Assembly (NCBI GenBank): GCA_963727895.1
Contig: CAVSHT010000007.1
Coordinates: forward strand, 1 to 64,000
Origin: an uncultured Methanosarcinaceae archaeon
Lineage (GTDB): Archaea; Halobacteriota; Methanosarcinia; Methanosarcinales; Methanosarcinaceae
DNA: 64,000 nt
Direction of reading: 5' to 3'
Shown: positions 22,161 through 36,413 of the stretch, piece after piece
Layout of the letters: the number at the start of each line of letters is the position of its first letter
Numbering within the stretch: position 1 is the first letter of the stretch
Position numbers and translations under genes: made by a program
The notes under the pieces: model-generated
The model's database searches: none
Told to the model about the DNA's origin: nothing
The model's input: only the letters and a program-made list of their open reading frames with translations

Positions 22161-24241
22161 ATGAAAGAAGATCACAATATAAATGTGAAAAAAACAATAG
22201 CCTTAAGTGGACTTCTTGTTCTACTTTTGGTATTAGGCACATCGGCTGCGATGGCAACCCCCCAGGGCGTGGAAATTTATCATTCTCATTATTATCAAAG
22301 TAATTACACTGACGGTACCATACAGGCCTATGCTAATAGTAACGTCTACTTTGAAGGCTATGGCTCGAGTGATGATAATAGTGCTCTGACTTGGAATTGG
22401 GACTTTGGAGATGGAACTACTTCAACCGATCAGTATCCATCACATGTTTACTCTGCACCAGGAAATTACATAGTAAAGCTTACAGTAACAGATGGAAGTG
22501 GGGAGAAAACAGTTCAAGAAACCGCAACTACAGTCGCTGCTAGTTTTTCGGCATCCCCAAATTCTGGGAACAAACCACTGCAAGTCCAGTTTAAGGATAC
22601 CAGCGTAGGAACAACCTCTTACTGGAATTGGAACTTCGGAGACGGTACATATTCAGAAGTTAAGAATCCTGTCCATGTATACAATAATACGGCCAAAATT
22701 TATACTGTTACCTTAAGCCTTTGGTCCGACGAGTACGGATGGGGTCAGGCAACAGGAGATGTAAATGTTACAGAGCTTCCTAATGCTAATTTATACGGGG
22801 CATCAACTACAGTAACTGCTGGTAATTCTGTACAGTTTAATTCTTACAACAGTACAGGAAACCCCACTTCATATAAATGGAACTTTGGAGATGGAAATAC
22901 TTCAACGGATCCGAATCCAGCACATGTTTACTCTACAGCAGGAAAATACACAGTATCGCTTACAGTAAGCAACGCAGGTGGAACGGATACTGATGAAGAG
23001 ACAAATTATATAACTGTAAATCCAAGTCCGACTTCTGACTTTTCTGTGTCCTCAACTTCAGGAAATGCTCCACTTATAGTAACATTTACTGACAAATCCA
23101 TAGGAAAACCAACTGCATGGAAATGGGACTTTGGAGACGGAACACATTCATCTTCTCAAAATCCTGTACATACATATACAAAACCTGGAGTATATAATGC
23201 TAGTCTATCAGCATATGTCGGTACCTGGCAGACTCCAAAGACTGTCACAATAACTGTTAAATAACTTCCTGTTGCAGATTTCAGCTTTGATCCTTCAAGT
23301 GGCTATGCACCTCTTTTAGTCCAGTTTACAGATAAATCTACAGCTACAACCGCATGGAAATGGAGCTTTGGAGATGAAGCTACTTCGACCGCTCAAAATC
23401 CAGCACATACTTACGCTAAAGAAGGAAACTATACTGTTACCTTAAAAGCAAGCAATGCAAATGGTGAAACCTCAAAGACTGCCACAGTAACTGTTATACC
23501 AAAAGTACTTCCTGTTGCAGACTTCAGCTTTAACCCTGCAAGCGGTAATGCTCCCCTTTCTGTCCAGTTTACAGACAAAGTAGCGGAGAACCAACCTCTT
23601 GGCTCTGGAACTTTGGAGATGGAGCTACTTCAACCGATCAGAATCCATCACATACTTACGCTAAAGAAGGAAACTATACAATAACACTTAAAATAACTAA
23701 TGCATTTGGATCAGATACGATGGAAGATTATATCACTGTGAATGCACCTGCACCAAAGCTAGCTGCTGATTTTTCCGCAAACATAAAATCTGCTCCACTA
23801 ACAGCTGTCTTTACTGACAAGAGTACAGGAAGTCCAACTAAATGGGTATGGAACTTTGGAGATGGAACTTCGGCAAGAAATACTCAGAATCCAACCCACA
23901 AGTATTCCACAGCTGGAACTTATACCGTTACCTTAACAGTAACTGACGCAGCTGGTGCTACAGCCACTAAGTCTGCCACAGTAACTGTTTATGCAATGCC
24001 TGTTGCTTCATTTTCAGCGTCTTCAAGATCAGGAAAAGCACCATTAACAGTTACCTTTAAAGACACAAGCACAGGATCACCAACTGCATGGAGATGGAGC
24101 TTTGGAGATGGAGCAGTAAAAGCTTCAAAGAATCCAATTCATACGTATTCAAAAGCAGGTAGTTATACTGTTAAACTTACAGTAACCAATGCTGTAGATA
24201 GTAAAACAGTAACGAAAACTGGGTATATTGTAGTCAAATAA
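22161..24241 (+). pseudogene. Cell-surface protein with ~8 PKD domains; in-frame TAA at 23262 and frameshift near 23580
   Basis: Signal peptide plus repeated WxWxFGDG...NP.H.Y...G.Y.V.L units continuing across both lesions. Confidence 0.88.
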
Positions 24242-24945
24242 ACTAAAGTGAAACAGAGATAAATCAACATAAATATTAACTGTCAAGTTTACAGATATCT
24301 TTAGTAGACTTGGCAGTATCCTTTTTTAGTTCTTCGCTGTTGCCCACATTTATGAAGTAATTATAATTACCCGCTAAAAAATAAAGAGCCCTTTTTTGAT
24401 AGAAGAAATAAATTCTGGAGGTATGATATGAATAAATTAACATCAACATTTATATCCCACATCCCGCAGTATTTTTTTGAAAAGCAATATTTTTCCGGAT
24501 CGCGTTTTTGAAACAGATTAAACTAATTTTAATACCTATAAGAACTTGGCGAAAATTGAATGATATCGTTTTTTGGTCTTTAAATACACCATATAATTGC
24601 TTTTACTTCCTGCATAAAAGTCCAATAAATCATGTTTGATTGGAAATCGATAACAGAAAAAGTTATGAATATACGAAAATTTCCTGTGGAAAGTGGATTA
24701 TATCAATAGCAGTTCTAAAATTCTTATTAGCAATAGTTTTCCCTGCTTCACCAGCTTGATACTACAGTTCTTTCTATAAATGAAAAAAATGTTTTGCCTC
24801 TATATTAGATGAAAAAGTTACTAGTGTCTATGAAATTTATTTATGAATCGTCATAATTAAAAAAAGGATTACGTATGAGGAGTTGACTATCTATTAACGC
24901 CCCATAATTAAGTTGCCACGACACTAGCTTGGTGTCTTATAAAGA

Positions 24946-27585
24946 TCATCGATGCCGAACTACACAATTTGAAAGCCCGATTATCTCCACAATATCACTA
25001 TTATCCGGGGAATGAATTATCATCTGTCCTTTCTTAAGATAGGGAATTCTCCTCTCATATTCTTTCGGAACTTTGAGAGATGCGATAGCTGCGTCATTGT
25101 TAAGGTTAAGGATTAGCTTTGTGTTTATCTGCTTGAAAACAGTATCATCAATGTCCTGAGGGTCCTGTGTAATCAAAAAGAGGCCCAATCCTTCTTTTCG
25201 ACCCTGACGGGCTGCATCTGCAAAACGTGAAATAATAAGACGAGAGTGTTCACCATTTGCATTTGAAAGGTATCGATGAGCTTCATCAAGAGCCAGAATA
25301 ATTGGAGTTTCTTTAATAGCTTCTTTTCCAGTTGTACTTAACTTATTATCCACGATAAGACTCATGATTGTGAGCACTATAAGGTCCCGTATTCTAGGAG
25401 CACTTATATATTCTGTTGGGAAAACCGAAATCTGTCCTGGCTTAAATATTTTATCCAGAAGGTCAGTAATAGAAGTCGCATCCTGGTCAAAAACTTTCGA
25501 AAAAAATGGATTTTTTACTCTTCTTACAATCCCATCATACGAAGATTCATGAAGCTTTCCACTATCAACATAGTAAGAACGAGTACCTTCATTATCAATA
25601 TGGTTTATGAAATTCAGGTAAGTATGAGGAACACTTGATTTAAATAAATCTCCAAGAAGCACTTCAAGCCCTATATATTGTAGTTCAGACATTCCAGCTG
25701 CTGCAATAAGCCAGGAATTGTGTTCTACAAGCGAAAAAGGAATTGTGAATTCGATCTGCTCAGCTCTGGATTTATCTCCAGGATACCTTTGCCCATCGAT
25801 TTTTGCCACAAAAGCTTTTGTAGAGAGAATCCGACCATAAGTTACATTCTCGGATTCGAATTGGAATTTATCTTCCTCACTTAAAGTTTCGTTGTCCTCA
25901 AAAAGCTGAGAATATTCATCCTGAGGGTCCATAATTACAAGGCATGGATTTTTTTGTGCCGTATCAGGAGAACTCCGAAGTCTATACCTATTGTTTTCAT
26001 TCATGAACTGGCGGAGGATATTTTTAGAGAGAAACGTTTTTCCTGTACCTGTACTTCCACAAATAAGCATGTGCCTGAAAATAAGGGGATCGCCCATATT
26101 ATAGTCGTTTCTGAGGTAATATGCAACCGTTTCGGGTTCAGAATGAGTTTTTATAAGTTCGCCTCCAACACTGAGATGACCTAGAAAGATTCCTTTTTCA
26201 GGAATATTGAGCCCTGTCTGGACTTCAAGCCTGTCAGTAACTGGAAGAATCGGAGTATTAGGACGAGGGATACGGTCTGCCATACGTCTTGTAAGTGTAC
26301 TTTCATTCTTCCTGTACAGAATACAAAGTGGATCAAGGCAGGCAAGGAACTTGTAATCATCTTCATTTACAGGATTTCCACGAGAACTGAGCATACGCCT
26401 TGAATGAAGCTCAGTTGCATCATCTACCACGAACTCCTGCCTGTACTGAAGTTTTCCTACCTTGGAAAAGAGTTTTTCTCCATTTTCGTAAGGCACAACA
26501 ACGTATGTGCCCAGTCTTATCTCGTCCCGCCGAGCTGATGTGATATATCCAGTAATTATAGCTCCTGAAGGAGTTAATTCCAGAGGTTCTATGCCTGTGG
26601 TTACAATTCCAAAAGCTTCTGAAGCTGGAGAAGCTTTCAGGATATTGTTTTCTCCTTCAAAGCTTTCAAAGGGAAAAGCTTCCTTTCCTGAACTCCCGAA
26701 AACTTCAGCTTCAAGAGAGAGATCAGATAAAGAAAGAGAAGCGGTATTAGATAGAGAAGCAGTTTTAGAGAATGAAGTAGATTTAAAAACTGTGTTGTCA
26801 GATTCGGAAAAAATATCTGATTCAACATTTGGTTCAATATCTGATTCAATATCTGATTCAATATCTGGTTCAATATCTGATTCAATATCTGATTCAATAT
26901 CTGATTCAATATCTGATTCAATATCTGATTCAATATCTGATTCAATATCTGATTCAATATCTGATTCAATATCTGATTCAATATCTGATTCAATATCTGA
27001 TTCAATATCTGATTCAATATCTGATTCAATATCTGATTCAATATCTGATTCAATATTTAGTTCAATATCTGATTCAATATTTAGTTCAATATCTGATTCA
27101 ATATTTAGTTCAATATCTGATTCAATATTTAGTTCAATATCTGATTCAATATTTAGTTCAATATCTGATTCAATATCTGATTCAATATCTGATTCAATAT
27201 CTGATTCAATATCTGATTCAATATCTGATTCAATATCTGATTCAATATTTAGTTCAAGATCGGATTCGACATCAGATTCTAATGGGATAAGATTTGATAC
27301 ATTATCAGAAAGATCTTTTCTTAGACCATCAGATAAAGAAGAGTGAAGTATTTCCTCAGAAGCTGGTGTGACTGTAGGAGCTAGATCAAAATCACTATTG
27401 GCAGAGTTTTTTAGTATGTCCATGTTCTGATCCTCAGGACTTGTTATATCAGGGCTTTCCATTCTTATTTCACCAAGGTCATCCTTTGGAGCTGCATTTT
27501 TTTCCGTTTCTGAATCCTCAGAAACAGACTCCTTTTTCGATTTGTAAGAGTTAAAAGTAAAAATGTCGACATTTTCATATTTCAT
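24946..27585 (-). CDS. herA: HerA-like ATPase/DNA translocase with long acidic N-terminal repeat
   Basis: [38 protein letters not shown]; overlaps the upstream nurA. Confidence 0.88.
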   Translation of the reverse strand: MKYENVDIFTFNSYKSKKESVSEDSETEKNAAPKDDLGEIRMESPDITSPEDQNMDILKNSANSDFDLAPTVTPASEEILHSSLSDGLRKDLSDNVSNLIPLESDVESDLELNIESDIESDIESDIESDIESDIESDIESDIELNIESDIELNIESDIELNIESDIELNIESDIELNIESDIESDIESDIESDIESDIESDIESDIESDIESDIESDIESDIESDIESDIESDIESDIEPDIESDIESDIEPNVESDIFSESDNTVFKSTSFSKTASLSNTASLSLSDLSLEAEVFGSSGKEAFPFESFEGENNILKASPASEAFGIVTTGIEPLELTPSGAIITGYITSARRDEIRLGTYVVVPYENGEKLFSKVGKLQYRQEFVVDDATELHSRRMLSSRGNPVNEDDYKFLACLDPLCILYRKNESTLTRRMADRIPRPNTPILPVTDRLEVQTGLNIPEKGIFLGHLSVGGELIKTHSEPETVAYYLRNDYNMGDPLIFRHMLICGSTGTGKTFLSKNILRQFMNENNRYRLRSSPDTAQKNPCLVIMDPQDEYSQLFEDNETLSEEDKFQFESENVTYGRILSTKAFVAKIDGQRYPGDKSRAEQIEFTIPFSLVEHNSWLIAAAGMSELQYIGLEVLLGDLFKSSVPHTYLNFINHIDNEGTRSYYVDSGKLHESSYDGIVRRVKNPFFSKVFDQDATSITDLLDKIFKPGQISVFPTEYISAPRIRDLIVLTIMSLIVDNKLSTTGKEAIKETPIILALDEAHRYLSNANGEHSRLIISRFADAARQGRKEGLGLFLITQDPQDIDDTVFKQINTKLILNLNNDAAIASLKVPKEYERRIPYLKKGQMIIHSPDNSDIVEIIGLSNCVVRHR
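26813..27255 (-). repeat. 12-bp coding tandem repeat (GAATCAGATATT), ~37 units, ESDI/ELNI
   Basis: Directly visible; variant units ELNI, EPDI, EPNV. Confidence 0.97.
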
Positions 27586-28910
27586 TCAAAGGTTCCCCAC
27601 CGAGTGTCATTATAAGTAGTATCTGGCTTCATATTTTCAAAAAACTTATCGATTTCTTGCCTCTCCATTTTCCGGATTTTTGCAAGATAGTCCGCCTTTG
27701 TGAGGGTAAGAGGAAAACCATACAAAGAAAGGTCAAAAAGCACTTTTATGGTAATTTGTGCACGGAGAAGATCATCTTTAACAAGCCCATATGGGGCTTC
27801 GACCTTGAAGACCACATCTTTATAAGGTACATAAAGCATGAAAAAACAAAGGGCATAATCTTCAGATGGAAAACTGTGCCTAAGCTCCTTCTGAAGAGGA
27901 TCTGCGGCTGCAAGAGGCGAAGTTCCATTAAGCAACCGTTCATAGAATCTGTTGGGTTGCAAAAACCAGTTTGTATAAGTAATGTAGGTATTTCTTGAGC
28001 CATTTTGCTTGCCGTTATTTCCATTACTTTTGGAATTATTTCCATTGCGCTCTGCCGAATTGTCAACTTTTTCAAGAGAAAGAAGATTCTTGAAAAACTG
28101 GGAGTCAAGCATCCAGGGAAGGTCAAAAGCTTTCCCTTTTTTCCGGACACTGTCCATAATCTGCACGTCAATAGGATTTTTTACAAAACCAACTACAGGC
28201 TGTTGATTTTTCAGGAAATGATCCATGATATCAATGTAATTCTGGAGGATTTTTTGGGCGTCATTGTTATGCCGAACTCTTACTTCTTCATCGTCCAGAA
28301 CCATCCAATACATTAGTTGTTTTGGATAAATCGGCCCGTCCATTATGAAAAAGCTTTCAAGCTTAAGTCTATCTTTCATGAAAAGAATATGTTCGGATTC
28401 TGCAAGATACATGGCAAAACTGTGAACCATATCAGGAGCTTTTCTTTTTAACTCATCGGGTGGAATTGTAACCAGTTTTGCTCTTCCGAACCCTTCATCG
28501 AAAGTTTCCCAGCCTGATGTAGCCTGCATGGATACTCTCTGAGAAGAAGAATAAGCAGCGCATACGATTGTTCTGAATCTTTGAATATCAAGGTTAGTAG
28601 GCGTTGCAGCCATCCCGCAGTGGCAGAAATCCACAAAAAGCCCGCTGTCATAAGTCCTTGGATTTGTACTTCCGCTGTCACAGGCATAAGTCAACGGATA
28701 TGGGTCCTCGGTCTGTGCCATTAATTCAGTCCTTACGATCCCGCGAAAAAGCCTGTCTATAGCCTTAAGGATGACTTTCCCATCGAGCCTCAGCTCCTCA
28801 AGAAAAGAATAGATATCCGTAGCCGTTTTTACCTCTTCAGACTCAAACGAACGGTCAATCTTTTTTGCAAGCTCCGAGATTTTATGCATATGCACGGGCT
28901 CAAGGGTCAT
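27582..28910 (-). CDS. nurA: NurA-family nuclease
   Basis: YACDSGS, IMDGPI, VVGFVK, GFPLTLTKAD motifs; operon with herA. Confidence 0.85.
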   Translation of the reverse strand: MTLEPVHMHKISELAKKIDRSFESEEVKTATDIYSFLEELRLDGKVILKAIDRLFRGIVRTELMAQTEDPYPLTYACDSGSTNPRTYDSGLFVDFCHCGMAATPTNLDIQRFRTIVCAAYSSSQRVSMQATSGWETFDEGFGRAKLVTIPPDELKRKAPDMVHSFAMYLAESEHILFMKDRLKLESFFIMDGPIYPKQLMYWMVLDDEEVRVRHNNDAQKILQNYIDIMDHFLKNQQPVVGFVKNPIDVQIMDSVRKKGKAFDLPWMLDSQFFKNLLSLEKVDNSAERNGNNSKSNGNNGKQNGSRNTYITYTNWFLQPNRFYERLLNGTSPLAAADPLQKELRHSFPSEDYALCFFMLYVPYKDVVFKVEAPYGLVKDDLLRAQITIKVLFDLSLYGFPLTLTKADYLAKIRKMERQEIDKFFENMKPDTTYNDTRWGTFE

Positions 28911-29205
28911 AAACAAAAGATACTTTGAGGAGTCTTATATATTTATTGAGTGGAAAGGAAGAAAATGCAGGACTTTCTTAGATTAAACTCTGAACGTGGA
29001 TCACTTGATTACATATATTCTTGTTTAGCCTCTCGATTTGGATATCCTTTGCATATAAATGGTAATGTTTATTTTAGTTCTAGTCGATAAAGGGCAAATA
29101 AGCGTAATTGCGACAAAGGAAAGAGATTATGACATTAAAAGAAGTAATAGAGAAATGTAAAAAATTATATCCAAAAATCTGGATAGCCTCTTATGTTTTA
29201 ATCTC

Positions 29206-30059
<854 letters not shown>

Positions 30060-30315
30060 TTAATTTTTTAATATTTGTCTTGAATAATGCAGTAATCAGC
30101 AAGAGGTCATATATTTCTATACACATATTGAATGATTTAGTTTAGAAAAAACAACCAAAACATAAAAATGATAACAAAAAAGTTAAGGTGGGATACTTTC
30201 ATTTCTTAGTGTTTATAATTGAAGAATTTTTTTATGTAAGTAGTGTAAAAAATAACTGGTTAGAATTTTTGTTTTTTTACCCAACACAAGATGAAAATGA
30301 CTGATCGTTTATTGA

Positions 30316-30777
30316 TTAGGTATTATTCAGCTCGTCAGCCTTTGCCTGTGCTGCTTCTTCTGTTTCGAATATTTCAGTTTCTAAGTGATAACAATGTAGG
30401 TTCACTCCATTCATAACCTGCAAGGTTCTGTACATAAGAATGTACACAGGTGTGTCCATAGCATCTGCCTTCAGGTAGCTGACTTCATGTTCACCCCAAT
30501 TTACCAGTGTATATTCTAAACCATCTATTTCTATCGTTTCAGGAAATTCGACACCATCAAGTACCTGTTTTCCGACTGAGAAATTCAAGTCCTTATACAG
30601 TAATATCGGTCGAACAAACACGTTCGAAAGTTTCGACTCCTCATCTTTACCTGAAAAATACGACATGTTCTCTTTTTCATCTGCATAGTCAGAAAAACTC
30701 GCGTTTCGAGATGCATAGTCATATACTGATTCATAGACTTGTACAACGATTCCATTGATCTCGATATGAGTCGTCAT
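30316..30777 (-). CDS. Hypothetical acidic protein
   Basis: 153-aa ORF with ATG and upstream GAGG; no recognised motif. Confidence 0.6.
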   Translation of the reverse strand: MTTHIEINGIVVQVYESVYDYASRNASFSDYADEKENMSYFSGKDEESKLSNVFVRPILLYKDLNFSVGKQVLDGVEFPETIEIDGLEYTLVNWGEHEVSYLKADAMDTPVYILMYRTLQVMNGVNLHCYHLETEIFETEEAAQAKADELNNT

Positions 30778-30922
30778 AAATTTCAGCCTCTTATACTTTA
30801 TAGACCGATCTACAGATTACCAAATTAAAATATATTGAAATTCAAGTTATTTATATTTTAATAAAATAAGAATTTTTCAGCAACTAACAGCATGGTCATC
30901 ATTAAGAATCAAAGTCATTTGG

Positions 30923-31742
30923 AAAATAATAATGATAATAATACAAAAATCCTTTCAGAGCTGCAATTTCTTTAATGATTTTATTAAATTTAAGGAATGA
31001 AAACCATTTTTTGGAATAAAAAAGCAGCTGTATTAAGAGTCTTATTACGTGTATTCATTTAGATTTCATAAAATTATTGGTAATGGACGTGAGTTAGTGA
31101 AATATGTAAACACAAGAATATTTTTCCATTTATTGCAAACATGGAGGATGTACTCTCTTTTTTTGGAATTTATCAGTAACCCACGGACATGACCGAATTA
31201 TGTTCTAATTATTATACGGACTGGTCTATATATTAGTTACATTTTACTGATTAGCTTGTTTCAAAAATACCTACCCTTCGAAACCAATACATCGGAGTAT
31301 AGAAATCAAGTTCAATAGAATTGAATAGGATAAAAATAATAATGATAATAATACAAAAATCCTTTCAGAGCTGCAATTTCTTTAATGATTTTATTAAATT
31401 TAAGGAATGAAAACCATTTTTTGGAATAAAAAAGCAGCTGTATTAAGAGTCTTATTACGTGTATTCATTTAGATTTCATAAAATTATTGGTAATGGACGT
31501 GAGTTAGTGAAATATGTAAACACAAGAATATTTTTCCATTTATTGCAAACATGGAGGATGTACTCTCTTTTTTTGGAATTTATCAGTAACCCACGGACAT
31601 GACCGAATTATGTTCTAATTATTATACGGACTGGTCTATATATTAGTTACATTTTACTGATTAGCTTGTTTCAAAAATACCTACCCTTCGAAACCAATAC
31701 ATCGGAGTATAGAAATCAAGTTCAATAGAATTGAATAGGATA
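30923..31742. repeat. Perfect tandem duplication, 410 bp x2
   Basis: AAAATAATAATGATAATAATAC...TTGAATAGGATA starts at 30923 and 31333. Confidence 0.95.
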
Positions 31743-32070
31743 TATGGTGTTGATCTAAAAAAGAAATATTCAGAATTTTGAAAAATAGATATCAGGTATT
31801 TACTTTTTTCAGAATTTGTTCTTATTATAATAATTCCACAATCTGACCCATAAAGCAGCAAAAAAGCATCAATTTTTATTTTTAGAGTAATAGTATTAAG
31901 AAAGGTCGCTTAGATAGTTACAAACCTTGTTATTTTTTACAAAAAAGATAGGTAATAAGGACCTTCTTCGTTTGCTTTTTAATCCTTGATCCTATTACCA
32001 TTAACTCAATTTTTTACATAAATTTTGCAATTTTATACACTGTCAATACACTGAAACCTCTAATAAGTTC

Positions 32071-32943
32071 TTATTGATTAGAAAATGCCGAAGAGGCATC
32101 AACAGAAGTATTATTAAAGGATACAAGAGGCAGATAGTCAACACAATCAGCGTCTTCCAATGTATAGGGTTCATCTGCAAAACCGTCTCCATTACTATCG
32201 AAATGAGTCTGCGAGAAACCGTCACCAGAAGGAGTTGCCCAGTAGTTACCGCCTATATAAGGGCCACCTACAATATTTTCCCCAATAGTTTTTGTAGTGT
32301 TGAGTGTGCATCCGGTTCCTTCAGGGGTATTTATGTTTATGGTATTATTAAACAGATTATTAGTAATATTACATGCGGCATCAACAAGATATAATCCATT
32401 ATCACAGTTTGTGATTCTATTTCCACTAACTGTTAGGGTCTCAAACATAAGATCAAAGGCATTATATTCCTGTTCCGCAGTTGGAAATATTATTGTCGAG
32501 GATATATTCACTTCCGCTGTACATGTAAAAACCAACATCTGCACCTATACTAAAATTAGATATGTTATTATTTTGAACTGTGCAGGAAAAAGCACCGTTG
32601 GTACATCCACTGCGGCTAAAGGAAAAACAGGTACCTGCTGATTTACCTGAGCCTTTATATCAAAGCCTTTTATTGTAGTATTTTTTTCATAAATATAGAA
32701 AGCATTATAATCAGCATTAATTATTGCTTCATGTGGATTACTTGACATCAAGGTTAGATTTTCAGTTGAAATGTCAATGTCCCCATCGTACGTTCCAGGC
32801 CCTACAATTATTGTGTCACCTGAATGCGCATTATCCACTGCGGTTTGAATCGAGTCTCCAGAGTCAACATAAATATTTTCAGCAGAAGCACTACCAATGA
32901 CAGCTTGAAGTGCAATCAATACTGTTAATCCCAATAAAATCAT
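32071..32943 (-). pseudogene. Secreted NosD/right-handed beta-helix surface protein, decayed
   Basis: Signal peptide, SIQTAVDNA..GDTIIVGPGTY, and C-terminal NIVGGPYIGGNYW...D.NGDG..D..Y...DYLPL in different frames. Confidence 0.8.
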
Positions 32944-33562
32944 TTTTTTTGTTTTCTGCAAGACAAAAACCCCGAAAGAGTTTCTAGTATCGATAAAGTT
33001 TTAGTACGATAAGTTAGTTTATTCGCGTCGATACCATCAAGAATTTAATTGACATCTAATAACTAATTTTCCAGAGTTTAATTAATTATCAAGTAATTAA
33101 TGATCAAAAACTCTCATTTTTAAACTAGATGGATTAATTAGCGAAGCTGAAGTAACTTACTAAAGAATATAAATGTTTTGAGCTGTTCAAATTATATCTT
33201 ACCATAGACTTGAATGTTTTAAGCTTTACATTGATATATAGTTTGTAGTCTTTAAGATTCACGTTAACACATTTATTGACATGTTAGGCATTTATATGGC
33301 TTAGAACCTAATTAATAATCACAATTTGAATATGCAGTGTTCAGTTACTTCAATCTCATGTTTGTTCATTGAATTCAACCTTTAAATTCCAACAATTCTT
33401 TCAGTTTGCTCATTCTTTAGTTTAATTTAGGAGATTACCGGAAGCGAGGAAGCCGATGACTATGTAAAAAATAATGGGACTGTAAGAATAAATATTTATA
33501 GTCAGTGAAAGTAGCTTATATCAATGTAAAAACGTAAAAAAACTTCACAGTGGGGGAAAAAC

Positions 33563-33970
33563 ATGAAAATTAGAGTTGTTAGCTCAAGAGAAGAAATCTT
33601 TACATTAAATCCTAATGAACGCATTGTTCACCTGGCTTTCAGGCCGTCGAACAAGGATGTATTTGGACTGGTTGAAACCTGCCCGAAGATTGATGTAATC
33701 CAGTTACCAAAATCCTACATGGGCACAATCTCAAGGTCCATAGAAATGTTCCTTGAAATGCAAAAAATTCAGCTTATCGAAGGTGATGTCTGGGGCCACA
33801 GGAAGGACATTAACGAATACTACACCGTTCCATCCTCAGTTATTGAGAGAATAAAGGAAATGAAGATCGAAGGCAAATCCAATGCAGATATTGAAGCAAA
33901 GGTTTCAAGGGAAAGCAAAATCAATCCTGAAATGGTTGCTTATATTATGAATAAGGAAACTCCTGCTTGA
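33563..33970 (+). CDS. DUF1699-family protein
   Basis: MKIRVVSSREEI...VHLAFRPSNKD...GDVWGHRKD signature. Confidence 0.85.
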   Translation: MKIRVVSSREEIFTLNPNERIVHLAFRPSNKDVFGLVETCPKIDVIQLPKSYMGTISRSIEMFLEMQKIQLIEGDVWGHRKDINEYYTVPSSVIERIKEMKIEGKSNADIEAKVSRESKINPEMVAYIMNKETPA

Positions 33971-34420
33971 GTTCATAGCAGGATAAAATACATTTAAATT
34001 CTCTTAATGGAGATTAGAGCAGTACCCAAAACAGCAGAAAGGTTCATATCTTTAAAGGATACGTTATTACCTGATCTCCAGCTTAAGTTTTTCATTTAAC
34101 AGAAGCTCTAAAAAATTTTTTGACTTTAAACTTGCTGATATTTTTGGTCAAATCGTATTTTACTGAGAATTTCATTTTTTAGTTACAAGCTTTCATATTT
34201 TTCATATGGTTTTTCATTTTGAATCTTAATTCTTTAATTCCTGTACTTATTCAGTAAGTATCAACATATTAAAAACTTTTTTAGTGGTTATTCATCTAAT
34301 TCTCTATTATAGAGAGATTAGTCCGAATAACTTTGATTAATTCGTTTGTTGAAAATCACCGATTATCATGTAATAATAGAACATATAATAATTTTTAAGG
34401 GCTTGTAATTCTACAACTTG

Positions 34421-35098
34421 TTATTCTTCTACAAGATATCTTTTAAACCATTCTCCAGCCAGATTTGCGACTTCTTCTAACGTGCCCGGTTCTTCAAAAA
34501 GATGGGTTGCCCCGGGAACAATCTTAAGTTCTTTTTGTTCTACCTTCAATTGGTCTAATGCCCATTGATTCATCTCTATTACTTGAAAATCCTCCCCACC
34601 TACAATAAGCAGTGTTGGTGCCTTTACATCCGGCAGGGCTTTTTCAGCCAGATCGGGCCTTCCTCCTCTGGAAACGACCGCCTTTATAGCATTCGCATGC
34701 TCTTTTGCAGCTATTAGTGCGGCTGCAGCTCCCGTACTGGCACCAAAATAACCGATCTTGAGTTTTTTAGTATCAGGATTGCTTAAAAGCCAGTTTGTTA
34801 CGCTAACAAGCCGGTTTGCAAGCAGGTCAATATCAAACCTGAGGTGAGCAGTTATCATATCAATTCTTTCTTCCTCAGCTGTCAACAGATCGAATAACAG
34901 TGTTCCAAGGCCTTCTTTCTGAAGTTCCTGCGCAACATAACGATTCCGAGAGCTGTAACGACTGCTCCCGCTACCGTGTGCAAAAACAACAATTCCTTTT
35001 GCTCCCTCAGGAATTGTGAGGTTTCCTTCAAGTGTGATAGAATTAATTGGGATTTGAATTTCACTACTGCTTTTACTTTTACTTGATAATTCGCTCAT
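34421..35098 (-). CDS. Dienelactone hydrolase-like alpha/beta hydrolase
   Basis: FAHGSGSSR, GYFGASTG, SRGGRPDLA, GATHLFEEPG. Confidence 0.88.
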   Translation of the reverse strand: MSELSSKSKSSSEIQIPINSITLEGNLTIPEGAKGIVVFAHGSGSSRYSSRNRYVAQELQKEGLGTLLFDLLTAEEERIDMITAHLRFDIDLLANRLVSVTNWLLSNPDTKKLKIGYFGASTGAAAALIAAKEHANAIKAVVSRGGRPDLAEKALPDVKAPTLLIVGGEDFQVIEMNQWALDQLKVEQKELKIVPGATHLFEEPGTLEEVANLAGEWFKRYLVEE

Positions 35099-35163
35099 GC
35101 CAACCCCCCAAAAGGTTTTACTATTTATTGTAGATCTGCATATGAAAATGATAACTCGGATTA

Positions 35164-35818
35164 TCATCTTGCTGGAAGAGCTCTTGCTTTATCCAGAAGT
35201 TCGCAGACTTCTTTGTCACTGGTCTGACTGAAATCCTCATACCAGGCTCCAACCCCATAGAAAGGTTCAGGGGTAGCCACACATATTACTTCGTCTACCT
35301 CTCCTTCCGAAAAACTCGCATGTATCAGGTGCAGCCGTGGGAACTGCAACCACTATTTTAGCAGGGTTTTTAGTTTTAAGGGCAGCTGCAGCTGCACGCA
35401 TTGTCGCACCTGTAGCAAGCCCGTCATCTATCAAAATTACAGTCGAGCCGCGGATCTCAGGATTGGGCCTATCTCCACGATAAGTGACGTTCCCTGCGTT
35501 CAAGTTCCCTTAGCTCATTCTCAGCTACCATATCAATTACTCTTTCAGGTATCTGAAAAGACCTGACAACGTCTTCATTCAGCACACGGATATTGTCAGA
35601 GGCGATCGCTCCCATTGCCAGTTCTTCATTTCCGGGCACCCCCAGTTTCCGTACTATAAACACATCCATTTTTACATTCAGTTCCTTTGCAACTTCAAAT
35701 GCCACCGGAACCCCACCACGTGGGAGTGCAAGTATCAATACATCTGAACGGTTTGCATATTTCGAAAGTTCTTTTGCCAGCTTTCTTCCGGCATCCACTC
35801 TATCTTTAAAAAGTGCCA
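35164..35818 (-). CDS. Phosphoribosyltransferase-family protein (two +1 frameshifts, possibly sequencing errors)
   Basis: FKDRVDAG...LPRGGVPV...VILIDDGLATGAT...GAWYEDFSQ across three frames. Confidence 0.85.
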
Positions 35819-36413
35819 TTTGTTCCCTCAACCCCTGTCGAACTGGATTAATTGATAAGATAAGCCATGTTAATTCATAGTATCTATGTTCAAACCCTTA
35901 AACGTATAGAGTATAAAATTTAAGCTTAGAACTTTATTTACCCATTCGTCGGCGGTATAAAAATCCTCAGAAGTACCTACACTCTACTACAAATCCCAAT
36001 TTAACAAAGTTATTTAATGAAATATTATAAGAGATACAATGTAACAGAATTGTATGAATAATGACCTGATTTTGTCACAGGTAAAACTATGCATAACGTG
36101 GTTCCTTGAGAACAGTTTACTTAGGTTCTCTTCTTTTTGAGTCAAAAAATAGTAATTTCAAAAATCTTTGATAACTTTATGAATAATATATTAAATAAAC
36201 CGAGATTAAAGAGCTGATTGAAGAATTTATGAAAATAGAGGAAAGTTATGTGTCTTTAGGAATAAAGATAAATCTGAAAATTATAAATTTTTTGACTATT
36301 TTATTGATGAAAAAGAGGAATCTCGAAAAAGGTAAAACCAATAGATTTCATGGGAATACAGCAATTTCCTCTTAATGTCTTCTTTTCATCCTGTAATTTT
36401 TAGAAATCATTTT

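Noticed and set aside
24428..24511. 27-aa ORF after a GGAGGT ribosome-binding site
   Set aside because: Too short and featureless to support; possibly the stump of a deleted gene.
26507..27346. ISDS, QYLI and NQIL repeat ORFs in other frames
   Set aside because: By-products of a stop-free 12-bp repeat inside herA.
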